Positions 49,765 to 62,999 of a stretch of DNA of 64,000 nt are shown here, in pieces (the first letter of the stretch is position 1; every line of letters begins with the position of its first letter). Source of the stretch: Mobula hypostoma (lineage: Eukaryota); assembly GCF_963921235.1 (NCBI RefSeq), contig NC_086108.1:116500001-116564000 (forward strand), given 5' to 3'. A program made the position numbers and the translations under genes. The notes beneath the pieces were generated by a model that saw only the letters and a program-made list of their open reading frames with translations, was not told where the DNA came from and made no database searches.

Positions 49765-50910
49765 ATTATCATTCACTACTTCTGCTGGCAGTTTGCTCCA
49801 TATGCTCACCTTCCTCTAATTTAAAAATTTGCTTCTCATGTTCCCCCTTAAACTTTTCACCTTTCATCCTAAACCCACCCAACCTCAGTGGAAAAAGCCT
49901 GCTTGCATTGACCCTATCTGTACACTTCGTAATTTTGTATACCTCTATCAAATCTCCTCTCATCCTCCAGCACTCCAGGGGATAAAGTCCTAACCTATTC
50001 AATCTTCCCTATAATTCAGCCCCTCAAGTCCCAGCAACACCCTTGTAAATATTTTTTGCACTCTCTCAGTCTTATTGATATCTTTCCTGAAGGTAGGGGC
50101 CCAAATACTCCAAGTTGGGCATCAGCAATATCTTATATAATTTCAACATAACATCCCAACTCCTATACTAAATACATTGATTTATGAAGGCCAATGTGAC
50201 AAAAGCTTTCTTTATGACCCTATCCACCTGTGACACCACTTTCAACAAATTGTGGACCTGTGTTCCCAGATCCCTTTGTTCTACCACATTCCTCAGTGCC
50301 CGACCATTCACTGTGTAAGGCCTACCCTGGTTGGTCCTACTGAAGTACAAAACCTCACACTGGTTTGCATTAAGTTCCACCTGCCATTTTTCCAGCTGAT
50401 GCAAATACCTCTGTAAGCCACGACAGCCTTCCTCACTCTCCACTACTTAGTATCATCTGCAAATTTGCTGATCCAGTTATCATCCAGATCGTTGAAATAG
50501 ATGACAAACAACACTAGACCCATCACCAATCCTTGCAGCAGACCACTAGTCACCGGCCTCCAGTCAGAGAGGCAACCATCTACTACCACCCTCTGGCTTG
50601 TCTTGCAAAACCAATGTTGAATCCAATTTACTACCTCATCCTAAATGCCAAACAAATGAACCTTCTTGACAGCCTCCCATGTAGGACCTTGTCAAAGTCC
50701 TTGCTAAAGTCCACATAGGCAACATCCATTGCCTTGCCTTCATCAACCTTCCTTGCAACCACCTCAAACAATTGTGTAAAATTTGTTATACTTGACCTAC
50801 CATACTCAAAGCTATGTTGACTCTCCCTAATCCAGTCCTGTCCTTTAGAATACTTTCTACTAATTGACCCATGATGGATGCTCACTAGTCTATAATTTCC
50901 CAGCTTATTC
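49765..50910 (-). mobile_element. Old CR1 RT-3' fragment
   Basis: ORFs 50631..50885, 50168..50443 and 49769..50002. Confidence 0.82.
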
Positions 50911-51752
50911 CAGTATTTGCTGAGTCTCCTACATCTGTGTGTCAGAATGCTAGTGTGAATGCTCCTGAACTGTTCTCACCAACTCTGTGGGCAAAGTGTG
51001 AGATGTTTAATTCACGGTTGCAGAAAACAGAAGGTGGAGTGCTGGAGGAGGGTGGAGGAGAGGGGATAGGGATGGATGGGGAAGGGGAGGAATGTATGAT
51101 ACATGGGCGGAAGGGAGTGAGATAATGAGGGACGGGGGAATGGGAGAGGAAAGGAGAGGGGGAGGTGGATGGGGTTAGTTTCTGCAGCTGTGGCACTCAG
51201 AGGTGGGAGATGGTGGGTGTTAGCCCATGATCCCAGGTCAGTGGGGACAGTTGGGAAAAGGGACTGAGGAAATAGTCTCCAACTCTCCTGATGCAATCCA
51301 ACACTCTGCCCTTGGCAGGGTTGCCCACCCAGCGTGTACTGGGGAGTAAGGGGTCAGGATTATTGTTACATGCACAAGGTGGATACAAGTACAATGAAAA
51401 ACGTGCATCACAGACTCATAGGTACAAACTACACAGAGAAAAAATTATACAAGACTGAAGAAAAACACCGCACAAAACAAGATATCGGTACAAATAAACT
51501 CAATTCACATTATCACAAGACAGATGAGGCCATTTGGCCCATTGAGTTTGCTGCACCATTGCATCATGGCTTACGGATTAACACTCTCAACCCCATTCTC
51601 CTGCCGTCTCCTCACAACCTTTGATACCCTGACTAATCAAGAATCTATCAACCTCCACTTTAAATATACCCAAGGACTTGGCCTCCACAATTGCCTGTGG
51701 TAATAAATTCTGCAGATTCACTACTCTCTGTCTAACAAAATCGGTTCTCAAA

Positions 51753-51870
51753 CAAGAGAAATTCTGCAGATGCTGGAAATCCGAGCAACACACACAAAAT
51801 GCTGGAGGAACTCAGCAGGCCAGGCAGCATCAATGGAGAAATGTTTTGGGCCAAACCCTTCAGCAGGACC
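51753..51870 (-). mobile_element. Penelope-like pLTR copy, degenerate
   Basis: Shares CTGCAGATGCTGGAAAT...CAGCAGGCCAGGCAGCATC with the other copies. Confidence 0.78.
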
Positions 51871-52045
51871 CAATTGGACTTGATCTCTGTTGCAGAGGCT
51901 AGTCGTCATTTTCTGGACTGAGATTCCCCCACTGTAGGAAACATTCCGTGGCGAGCATTTGGACATAATGACGGATGAGGAAGCTTGTTAAACTCAACAA
52001 CCATTTTATTGTGATAAACACAAAACAGACAGGGCACCATGACTC

Positions 52046-52177
52046 GACAAAATCTGTAGATGCTGGAATTTCAAGCAACACAAAAAATGTTGGTGAACAC
52101 AGCAGGCCAGGCAGCATCTATAGGAAGAGTTACAGTTGACGTTTCGGGCCGGGACCCTTCATCAGGACTAACTTTGT
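52046..52177 (-). mobile_element. Penelope-like pLTR-only insertion with hammerhead core
   Basis: 16-bp TSD CAGGGCACCA(T/C)GAC(T/C)C (52030-52045, 52178-52193); CTGATGA-A-GGGT(CCCG)GCCC-GAAACGTC at about 52133-52170. Confidence 0.85.
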
Positions 52178-52756
52178 CAGGGCACCACGACCCAGAGACT
52201 GAACCTGACCACCTCACACAGACAGGGGAGGTGATCATCACACACCCCGGTTACAGTCAGGGTGACCCACAAATTCACAAGTAAATAAAAGCTAAAATGT
52301 GACAATAAATGAACTGGAACTTCCCACCGTAATCCCGCAAAAGCATTTTAACACAAGAACAATAAACAGTGCTGGTTATTGGAAATGCAGGGGCGGGCTG
52401 ATGATCATGCACACCACCCTCCTCCCACCCCCGAGCATCTCTTTTTTTTCAAACACATCCACTCTAGGCCTTTCAATATTTGATGTTTCAATGAGATCCA
52501 CTCATTTTTCTAAACCTCAGTGAGTTCAGGCCCACAGCCACTCATATTTCAACCATTCTCGGGAGCCTCTTCTCCACCACCTCCAATGCCCCCTCTTTGA
52601 TAAGTGGCAAATGCTGCTCACAATATTCAAGACTGCAGGATCCTCATCACGTATTTCAAAGCTCAAAGTTAATTTATTATCGAAGTACATAGATGTCACT
52701 ATATGCAACACTGAGAGTCATTTGCTAGCAGGCATTCTCAATAAATCCATGTAGGA

Positions 52757-53965
52757 TGATAGACAATAGGTGCAGGAATAGGCCATTCGGCCCTTCGAGC
52801 CAGCACCGCCATTCACTGTGATCATGGCTGATCATCCACAATCAGTATCCAGTTCCTGCCTTAACCCCATAACCTTTGATTCCACTATCTTTAAGAGCTC
52901 GATCCATCTCTTTCTTGAAAGCATCCAGAGACTTGGCCTCCACAGCCTTCTGGGGCAGAGCATTCCATATATCCACCACTCTCTGGGTGAAAAAGTTTTT
53001 CCTCAACTCCGTTCTAAATGGCCTACCCCTTATTCTTAAACTGTGGCCCCTGGTTCTGGACTCACCCATCAACGAGAACATGCTTCCTGTCTCCAGCGTG
53101 TCCAATACCTTAATAATCTTATATGTTTCAATAAGATCCCCTCTCAGCCTTCTAAATTCCAGAGTATACAAGCCCAGTCACTCCAATCTTTCGACATATG
53201 ACAGTCCCATCATCCCGGGAATTAACCTTGTGAACCTACGCTGCATTCCCTCAATAGCAAGAATGTCCTTCCTCAAATTGAGAGACCAAAACTGCACACA
53301 GTACTCCAGCTGTGGTCTCACCAGGGCCCTGTACAGTTGCAGAAGGACCTCTTTGCTCTTATACTCAATTCCCCTTGTTATGAAGGCCAGCATGCCATTA
53401 ACTTTCTTCACTGCCTGCTGTACTTGCATGCTTGCTTTCAGTGACTGATGTACAAGAACGCCTAGATCCCGTTTTACTTCCCCTTTTCCTAACTTGACTC
53501 CATTTAGATAATAATCTGCCTTCCTGTTCTTAGCACCAAAGTGGATAACCTCACATTTATCCACATTAAACTGCATCTGCCATGCATCTGCCCACTCACC
53601 CAACCTGTCCAAGTCACCCTGCATCCTCATAACATCCTCCTCACATTTCACACTGCCACCCAGCTTTGCGTCATCAGCAAATTTGCTAATGTTACTTTTA
53701 ATTCCCTCATCTGAATCATTAATATATATTGTAAACAGCTGCGGTCCCAGCACTGAACCCTGCGGTACCCCACTGGTCACCGCCTGCCATTCCGAAAGGG
53801 ACCCCTCTGCCCCCAGTACCATGTGCCCTAATTTTGCCCACTAATCTCCTATGTGGGACTTTATCAAAGGCTTTCTGAAAGTCCAGGTACACTACATCCA
53901 CTGGCTCTCCCTTGTCCATTTTCATAGTTACATCCTCAAAAAATTCCAGAAGATTAGTCAAGCAC
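52757..53965 (-). mobile_element. 5'-truncated CR1 (RT-3' end) with small internal deletion
   Basis: ORFs 53719..53961, 53178..53822 and 52842..53171. Confidence 0.92.
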
Positions 53966-54325
53966 GATAATAACCATGACAGAACCAGTGAAAGACATCA
54001 CCCTGGCGATCCTCTCTGCATTCTGTCCAAAGCTTTCACATTATACAACTGCAACATCGCAACTCCTACACTCCGTATCCAGCCTCTCAATGCAAGCATG
54101 CCAGATGCGTTCATTGGCAAGCTGTCTCAAACATTTTCCCACCACTGTAAGTGTAAGCAGACTGTATTCTGCATATGTTCTCCCTCCTTTTTCTGCAGAT
54201 GAGGGGTTATTTTTCTCAACTTCCACCCTGTGGGAACTGCTCCATACTCCATTGAATTCTGGAAAACGACTGTCAATACCACGGTAAACTCCCACATCCA
54301 AAATCATAGAGCTATGTATAAATTC

Positions 54326-55550
54326 CATAAGATCATAAGACATTGAAGCAGAATTAGGCCATTCGGCCCATTGAGCATGCTACTCCATTCCATCATTAAC
54401 CCTCTCAAAACCATTTTCCTGCCATCTCCCCTTTGATGCCCTAACTAATCAAGAACCTGTCAACCTCTACCTTAAATATACCCAATGATTTGGCTTGTAC
54501 AGCCATCTGTGGCAATGAATTTCACAGATTCACCACCTCTGGTTAAAGAAATTTTTCCTCATCTCTCTTCTAAATGGATGTTTCTCAATTCTGAGGTTGT
54601 GCCCTTTGGTCCTAGACTCTCTTTCCACATCCACTTTATCCAGACCATTCAATATTCATTAGGTTGCAATCAGTTTCCCCTCATTCTTCTCAACTCCAGT
54701 GAGTACAGGCCCAGAGCCCTCAAACTCGGCTCACACATTAACTCTTTCATTTCTGGAAGCATTCTCGTGAATATCCTCTGGACCCTCTCCAATGCCAACG
54801 TATCTTCCCTTAGACAAGAGGCCAAACCGTTCACAATCTTTCAAATGTGGTCTGTCTAATGTCTGATAAAGCCTCAACATTACAACATTGCTTTTGTATT
54901 CCAGTCCTCTCAAGTGTTTTCCCCATTTTGAAAATGGTCCACACCTTTATTCCTTCTGCCCAAGTGCATGACCGTACACTTCCCTACACGATATTCCATC
55001 TGCCACTTGTCTGTCCATTCCCCCAATCTGTCCAAGTCCTTGTGCAGCCTCCCTGCTTCCTCATATCATCAGCAAACCTGACCACAAAATCATCAATTCC
55101 TTCATCTAAATCATTGACATACAATATAAGGAGAAGCAATCCCTACAAAGACCCTTGTGGAACACCATTAGTCACCAGTACCAACCAGAAAAAGTGCCCA
55201 TTGTTCCCACTCTTTGCCCCTTTCCAGTCAGACAATATTCTATCCATACTAGTATGGACTCCAATCTTGTTAAGCAGCCTCATGTGCAGCACCTTGTCAA
55301 AGACCTTCTGAAAATCCAAGTAGACAACATCCATTGACTTTTTCTATCCGGCCTGTTATTTCCTCAAAGAACCTCAACAGATTTGTCAGGCAAGGTTTCC
55401 CCTTCAGAAAACCATGCTGACTTTGGCATATTTTATCATGTACCTCCAAGTACCCCAAAACCTCATCTATGATAACTAGCTCCGGCATCTTCCCAACCAC
55501 TGAGGTCAATCTAACTGATGTGTAATTTTCTTTCTTCTTTCTCCCTCCCT
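54326..55550 (-). mobile_element. Old CR1 RT-3' fragment
   Basis: (ATCATAAG)-type tail; YLDFQKVFDKV; QHGFLKG. Confidence 0.85.
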
Positions 55551-58010
55551 TAGAACATAGAACATAGAAATCTACAGCACATGACAGGCCTTTCAGCCCA
55601 CAATGTCGCACTGACCATGTAGCCTACTCTAGAAACTGCCTAGAGTTTCCCCACCGCAGAGCCCTCTATTTTCCTAAGCTCTATGTACCTATCTAAGAGT
55701 CTCTTAAAAGACCCTGTTGTATCTGCCTCCACCACCGTCACCGGCAATGCATTCCACGTACCCACCACTCCCTGTGTAAAAAACTTACCCCTGACATCCC
55801 CCCGAACCTACTTCCAAACACCTTAAAACTATGCCCCCTCGTTTTAGCTATTTCAGCCCAGGGAAAAAGATCCTGACTATCCACACGATCAAAGCCTCTC
55901 AACATCTTATACACCTGTATCAGGTCACCTCTCATCCTCCATCACTCCAAGGAGCAAAGGCCAAGTTCACTCAACCTATTCTCATAAGGCATGCTCTCCA
56001 ATCCAGGAAACATCCTTGTAAATCTCCTCTGCACCCTTTCTATAGTATCCACATCCTTCTTGCAATGAGGTGACCAGAACTGAACACAGTTCTCCAAGTG
56101 GGGTCTGACCAAGGTCTTATATAGCTGTACCATTACCTCACGGTGCTTGAACCCAGTCCCATGGTTTATGAATGCCAACACACCATATGCCTTCTTAACA
56201 ACATTGTCAACCTGTGCAGCAGCTTTGAGTGTCCTATGGACACGGACACCAAGATCTCTCTGATCCTCCACACTGCCTAGAGTCTATATTCTGCATTTAT
56301 ACTATATTCAGTCTTCAAATTTTACCTTCCAAAATGAACCACTTCACACCTATCTGGGTTGAAGTCCATCTGCCGCTTGTCAGCCCAGTTCTGCATCCTA
56401 TCGATGCCCCGTCGTGACCTCTGACAACCCTCCACACTATCCACAACACCCCCAACCTTTGTGTCATCAGCAAACTTACTAACCCACCCTTCTACTTCTT
56501 CATGCAGGTCATTTATAAAAATCACAAAGAGGAGGGGTCCCAGAACAGATCCCTGTGGAACACCACTGATCATTGACCTCCATGCAGAATACAAACCATT
56601 TACAACCACCCATTGCTTTCTGTGGGCAAGACAATTCTGGATCCACAAATCAAGGTCTCCTTGGATTCCATGTCTCCTTACTTTCTGAATGAGCCTTGCA
56701 TGGGGAACCTTATCAAATGCCTCACTGAAATCCATATACACTACATCCACTGCTCTACCTTCATCAATGCATTTTGTTATGTCCTCAAAGAATTCAATCA
56801 GGCTCGTAAAGCATAACCTGCCCCTGACAAAGCCACGCTGACCATCCCTAATCAGATGATATCTCTCCAAATACTCATAAATCCTGCCTCTCAGGATCTT
56901 CTCCAGCAACTTGCCCACCACTGAAGTAAGTCTCAATGGTCTATAATTTCTTGGGTTATCTCTACTCCCTTTCTTGAACAAGGGAACAACATTTGCAACC
57001 CTCCAATCCTCCAATACTTCTCCCGTCCCTATTGATGATGCAAAGATCATTAGCAGAGGCTCAGCAATCTCCTCCCTCGCTTACCACAGTAGCCTGGGGT
57101 ATATTTCAACTAGTCCCGGTGACTTACCTAACCTAATGCTTTTCAAAAGCTCCAGCACATCCTCTTTCTTAATGTTTATTTGCTCAAGCGTTTCAGACCA
57201 CTGTAAGTCATCCCCACAATTGCTAAAGTCCTTTTTTCTGGTGTATACTAAAACAAAGTATTCATTAAGTACCTCCTCTACCTCCTCCAACTCCATGCAC
57301 ACGTTTCCTCTATCACACCTGATTGGTCCGAGTCTCACACGGCTCATCCCCTTGCTTTTCAAAAACCTGGGGTCTTGGGGTTTTCCTTAATCCTGCTCAC
57401 CAAGGCCTTCTCATAGCTCTTTCTATCGCTCTTAATTTCATTCCTCAGCTCTTTTCTGGCAACCTTGTAATTTTCTAGAACTCTATCAGTACCTAGTTTC
57501 TTGAACCTGTCATAGGGTTTTCTTTTCTTTTTAACTAGATTTTCTACATACTTTGTACACCATGGTTCTTTTATCCTACTATCCTTTCCCTGACTCAATA
57601 GAACATACTAATGCAGAACACCATGCAAATGGTCCCTGAACATTTGCCACATTTCTGCCGTGCATTTCCCCGAGAACATCTTCCAATTTATGTGTCCAAG
57701 TTCCTGCCTGGTAACTTCATATTTCCCCTTACTTCAATTAAACATTTTCCTGACTTGTCTGTTCCTATCCCTCTCCAGCGCTATGGTAAAGGAGATAGAA
57801 TTGTGATCACTATCTCCAAAATGCTCTCCCACTGAGAGATCTGACACTTAACCAGGTTCATTTCCCAATACCAGATCAGGTACAGCCTCTCCTCTTGTAG
57901 GCTTATCCACATATTGTGTGAGGAAACCTCCTGAACACAGCTAAAAACTCCACCCCATCTAAACCTAACCCCATGCTCTAAGGAGATGCCAGTTAATACA
58001 AGGAAATTTA
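55551..58010 (-). mobile_element. CR1 LINE (EN C-terminus to 3' end), degenerate
   Basis: ORFs 56322..57050 (RT core), 55942..56271 and 55738..55935; (ATAGAAC)n tail. Confidence 0.92.
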
Positions 58011-58104
58011 AAATCTCCTTCTTAAAGAATGGGGTGACATTGGCAATATTCCAGACATCAGGAGTCATGCCAATATCGAGTGATCTTTAGATCGCTGGTG
58101 ATGA

Positions 58105-58680
58105 ATGGTGAAATTGTATAAGATGTTTGTGAGTCTTAATTTGGAGTATTGTGTGAAGTTTTGGTCACCTACAGACAGGAAAGGTGTAAAGAAGATTGAA
58201 AATGTGTAGAGAAAATTTACAATGATGTTGTTGGGTCTGGAGGACCTGAGCTATAAGGAAAGATTGAGTAGGTTTGGACTTTATTCTGTAGAATGTAGAA
58301 GACTGAGAGGAGATTTGATGGAAGTATGCAAAATAATGATGGGTTTAAATAGAGTAAATGCAAGCAGGCTTTTTCACTAAGTTTTGGTGGGACTACAACC
58401 AAAGGCCATGGGTTAAGGGTGAAAGGTGAAAAGTTTAAGGGGAACATGAGGGGGAAACTTCTTCACTCAGAGGGTTGTGAGAGTGTGGAACGAGCTGCCA
58501 GCACAAGTAGTGCATGTGTGCTTGATTTCAACGTTGAAGGGAAGTTTGGATAGGTACATGGATGGTAGGTGTGTGGAGGATTGTGGCTCCAGTGCAAGTC
58601 AATGGGACTAGGTATTCTGGCATGGACGAGACGAGCCACAGGGCCTCTTTTGTTGTATTTTTCTCAGACACTATGACTCT
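58105..58680 (+). mobile_element. Old CR1 3' fragment
   Basis: LEYCV-FWSP, RLRGDL and FFTQRVV remnants. Confidence 0.8.
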
Positions 58681-58749
58681 GTGTGGTTTCATACTTGGAG
58701 GTGCATGATAAAATAGGCCTTATTTTACAATAGCATTTCTAAAAATAGA

Positions 58750-59180
58750 ACCCCTTCTCCCTCCCTGAACCCGTCACTCCAATTTCCATCCAGCCCTTCC
58801 CTCCTATCTACCTCCCAGATCCCCTCCTTGATTTCCCCCTGCCACTCCCTGACTACCCCTCCCTGATTCCCACCTCCTCTCTTCTTTGATCTTTCACCAA
58901 TCCCTCCCTCCAGGATCCACTCCTCCACTTCCCGCTCCCCAATTTCCGCTCACTCCCTAACTCACCCTTCCTGTTTCCACCTCCCCTCTTCCCCGATCCC
59001 TCACCAATCCACTCCTCCATGGCCCACTCCTCCCTTTCCCCCTCCCACATCTCCTCTCCCCTCTCCAATTTCCCCCTCCCCAATTACTTTATCCCTCACC
59101 AATCCCTTCCCCCATTGTCCACTCCTCCCTTTCCCTCTCCCGATCCCCCTCCCCGATTTCACTCCTTCCCCTCCCAACCC
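58750..59180. repeat. Polypyrimidine degenerate minisatellite (continues at 59897-59970)
   Basis: C/T-rich, with recurring GATCCCTCACCAATC-like units. Confidence 0.85.
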
Positions 59181-59896
59181 CTCAAGTTCCTGGGTGTCAA
59201 GATCTCTGAGGATCTAACCTGGTCCCAACATATCGATGTAGTTATAAAGAAGGCAAGACAGCGGCTATACTTCATTAGGAGTTTGAAGAGATTTGGCATG
59301 TCAACAAATACACTCAAGAACTTCTGTAGATGTACCGTGGAGAGCATTCTGCCAGGCTGCATCACTGTCTGGTATGCAGGGGCTACAGTAAAGGACCCAA
59401 AGAAGCTGCAGAAGGTTGTAAATCTAGTCAGCTCTATCTTGGGCACTAGCCTACAAAATACCCAGGACAATAGAGAGTCTTCAGAGAGTGGTGTCTCAGA
59501 AAATCAGTATCCATTATTAAGGACCTCCAGCACCCAGGACATGCCCTTTTCTCACTGTTACCATCAGGAAGGAGGTACAGAAGCCTGAAGGCACACACTC
59601 AGTGATTCAGGAACAGTTTCTTCCCCTCTGCCATCTGATTGCTAAATGGACATTGAACCCTTGGACACTACCTCACTTTTTAAAAATATACTGTATAGTA
59701 TTTCTGTATTTTGCACTTTTTAAAATCTATTCAATATACATATACTGTAATTGATTTGCTTATTTATTATTATAATTATTTTTATTTTATTTATTATTTT
59801 TTCTCTTCTATACTGTATTATGTATTGCATTGAACTGCTGCTGTTAATTTAACAAATTTCACGTCACATGCCAGTGATAATAAACCTGATTCTGAT
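59181..59896 (+). mobile_element. Rex1/Babar 3' fragment
   Basis: KFLGVKISEDLTWSQH...; near identical to 23730-24395; (GATTCT)n tail. Confidence 0.92.
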
Positions 59897-61644
59897 CCCA
59901 CTTCCCCTCCCTGATTCCCCCGTCCTCTCTTCCTTGATCCCTCACCAATCTCTCTCTCCTGCCCCCTCCTCCAACTTGTAACAAAGTACAGCTGCTGGCA
60001 TGCCCGCTTCATAATTACGTTGATATGTTGGGCTGGGAATAGATCCTCTGATGTTCACACACTGGACCTTGAAGCGGAGTCGGCGGGACCCAGCGGGGCC
60101 CGGCCGGGCGGGGAGTCGGCGGGATGACATCCTCTGTAGACCTATATTCTTTTGTGTTATTTCAAAAATAGACATTTTTCATAATAATTATTTTATACGA
60201 GGCAAGAAACAGTGACAACACCTGGATATTCAGTCGTATAAACTTGGAGGAAAGAAAGCACAATAGAAACAGCACCATTGTCCGTCACGTGGCTGCCTGG
60301 GGTGATTCACCCTCTCCTTGTTTAAGGGGCTTCCCTAACAAGCCCAGCCCCTCTGTGTGTGATAGAAGAACGAGTCGAGACTGTGGTCCTCCCCCGCAGA
60401 GCCTTAGCCCTGACTGTGCAGAGTTTCAGTGTGTCTCTCAGCATGGGTCGACAATCACACAGTCGACTTATCTTGACGGCTGTCTGAAGGGCCCACACTG
60501 TGCTGTACTGTTCTGTGTCTTCCTGTAACTTATAAAATAAATAAATTCATAGTGCAAATGTGTAGTAATGATCATGGGTTCACGTACCCTTCGGAAATCT
60601 GATGCACTGCTGCTGAATTGTTCAGCCTGCACCCTCAGGCTGCTGTGCCTCTTCCCCGATGGTAATAATGAGAAGAGGGCACGTCCTGCTGGTGATTGAT
60701 GCTGGCATTCTGAGGCTCCACCACTGTAAGGTGTCCAGTCTCACGACGCCAGCTTCTGAAGTTCTTATCCCACATCACTGTGATTTATTTCACTGATGTT
60801 GAAGATTTTTCAGTGAACATTTTTTCCAGATTCCAATACTTGTCCCAAAACAGTCAGAGGCAGGGTTTTGAGCTGAAACATCAACTGCTCTTAGCTGCTC
60901 ACCGATGCCTCCTGACCGTCTGAGGTCCTGCGTTTCTCCACAGTCCAGCATGTGCAGTTCCTCACGCAAATCACTGACCATTCGGAGTTTCCAGTAGCTG
61001 CACCCTCTCCAAGTAGTAAAATGTTAAATAGTCCCAGGGGACCTGTCTAACCCACTGAGGGGACCAATAAATCAGCACCCAGGGTGAAGGATAAAATTGT
61101 GCCATAGCGACACTGGGGAAGAGTTGCCGGTGTTGTTCGTGTTTAATAATTGATTGTGATTGCCAGTGGATGTGGAATATATAAAACTGATGCTAATGTC
61201 ACCGTATAAACTGCCTCTTCATTCCAATGTGTGGGGAATTAATGCCGTGTGTGAGAGAATCTTTAATCACTCTGCAAGTCATAAATATTTAACACTCAAA
61301 CCTCAGCGTTCACTTTAACAGACGGTGGAGAACAAATAGTTTTGTGCAGGTTCTCACAATGAGCCGAGTGTTGATGAATCTGGCGCTGGAGGCAGACCGG
61401 GTCTGGGTCTCGTGTACCATCCTGAGCACCGGTGGCTGTGGGATGTGGGGGTGGGGGTGGTCACTGTGCTGACAGGGGGGACCACTGGCTCTCCCAGCTG
61501 AGGACTGTGAGGAGCACAAACCTGTGGACGTTAATTCTGCTCCTGTCTCTTATTCTGTCTGGTCAGTCACTTACTCTCATCTTTTTCTATTCCCCACCTC
61601 ATCCCCTTTATCTCACCCCACATTCTACCCCTCACCCACAAACT

Positions 61645-61795
61645 GGGGACCATTTACAGTGTCAGTTCATCCACCAACCTGCACGTCTTTGGGATGTGGG
61701 AGGAAACCAGAGCAGCCGGGGGAAACCCATGCATTCACAGGAGGACGTAGAAACTTCACACAGACAGCGGCGGAGGCTGGGCTCGAATCCAGGAG
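61645..61795 (-). mobile_element. tRNA-derived V-SINE (HE1-like) fragment
   Basis: B-box-like GGATTCGAGCCC, then V-domain-like GGGTTTCCCCCGGCTGCTCTGGTTTCCTCCCACATCCCAAAGACGTGCA. Confidence 0.82.
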
Positions 61796-62035
61796 GAAGC
61801 ACCTCTGGGTCAAACTTGGCTACCTTCACACATTGATACACTTCACCTTTCCCCTCACAAACTTCATTGTGATATTGGGGTCAGCATACACTAGATGGGC
61901 CAAAGAACCTGTTTCTGTGCTGTATCCCTTTGTGGTACCACGCTGATGCTCTGGTTCTGCTCAGACATCACAGCTGTTATGTGGATCTTTCTTCAACACC
62001 ATTAAATGTGCCACCTGTGAGTAATGTAATAATAT

Positions 62036-62960
62036 CATAGAAACATAGAAAATAGGTGCAGGAGTAGGCCATTCGGCTCTTCGAGCCTGCACCGCCATTT
62101 ATTATGATCATGGCTGATCATCCAACTCAGAACCCCGCCCCAGCCTTCCCTCCATACCCCCTGATCCCCATAGCCACAAGGGCCATATCTAACTCCCTCT
62201 TAAATATAGCCAATGAACTGGCCTCAACTGTTTCCTGTGGCAGAGAATTCCACAGATTCACCACTCTCTGTGTGAAGAAGTTTTTCCTAATCTTGGTCCT
62301 AAAAGGCTTCCCCTCTATCCTCAAACTGTGGCCCCTCGTTCTGGACTTCCTCAACATCGGGAACAATCTTCCTGCATCTAGCCTGTCCAATCCCTTTAGG
62401 ATTTTATACGTTTCAATCAGATCCCCCCTCAATCTTCTAAATTCCAATGAGTACAAGCCCAGTTCGTCCAGTCTTTCTTCATATGAAAGTTCTGTCATCC
62501 CAGGAATCAATCTGGTGAACCTTCTTTGTACTCCCTCTATGGCAAGGATGTCTTTCCTCAGATTAGGGGACCAAAACTGCACACAATACTTCAAGTGTGG
62601 TCTCACCAAGGCCTTGTACAACTGCAGTAGTACCTCCCTGCTCCTGTACTCGAATCCTCTCGCTATAAATGCCAGCATACCATTCGCCTTTTTCACCGCC
62701 TGCTGTACCTTCATGCCCACTTTCAATGACTGGTGTATAATGACACCCAGGTCTCATTGCACCTCCCCTTTTCCTAATCGGCCACCATTCAGATAATAAT
62801 CTATTTTCCTATTTTTGCCACCAAAGTGGATAACTTCACATTTATCCACATTAAATTGCATCTGCCATGAATTTGCCCACTCACCCAACCTATCCAAGTC
62901 ACCCTGCATCCTCTTAGCATCCTCCTCACTGCTAACACTGCCACCCAGCTTCGTGTCATC
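62036..62960 (-). mobile_element. 5'-truncated CR1 (RT C-terminus to 3' end)
   Basis: ORF 62127..62726; (ATAGAAAC)n tail; same subfamily as 30586-32912. Confidence 0.94.
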
Positions 62961-62999
62961 ATGGTTTAGGTGTTCTTAAAAATGGATATCAAATGTCAA

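Noticed and set aside
53968..54325. 100-aa ORFs that might be a host exon
   Set aside because: Another minus frame reads VFQNSMEYGAVPTGWK...LTVVGK, which is a very old CR1 RT remnant.
61645..61795. tRNA gene (B-box-like motif)
   Set aside because: There is no cloverleaf, and the motif is followed by a V-SINE domain, so it is a SINE head.
62104..62796. Long antisense ORFs over CR1 and HERO (also 1863..2381, 19707..20318, 52876..53448)
   Set aside because: These are shadow frames opposite RT coding sequence with no independent motifs.
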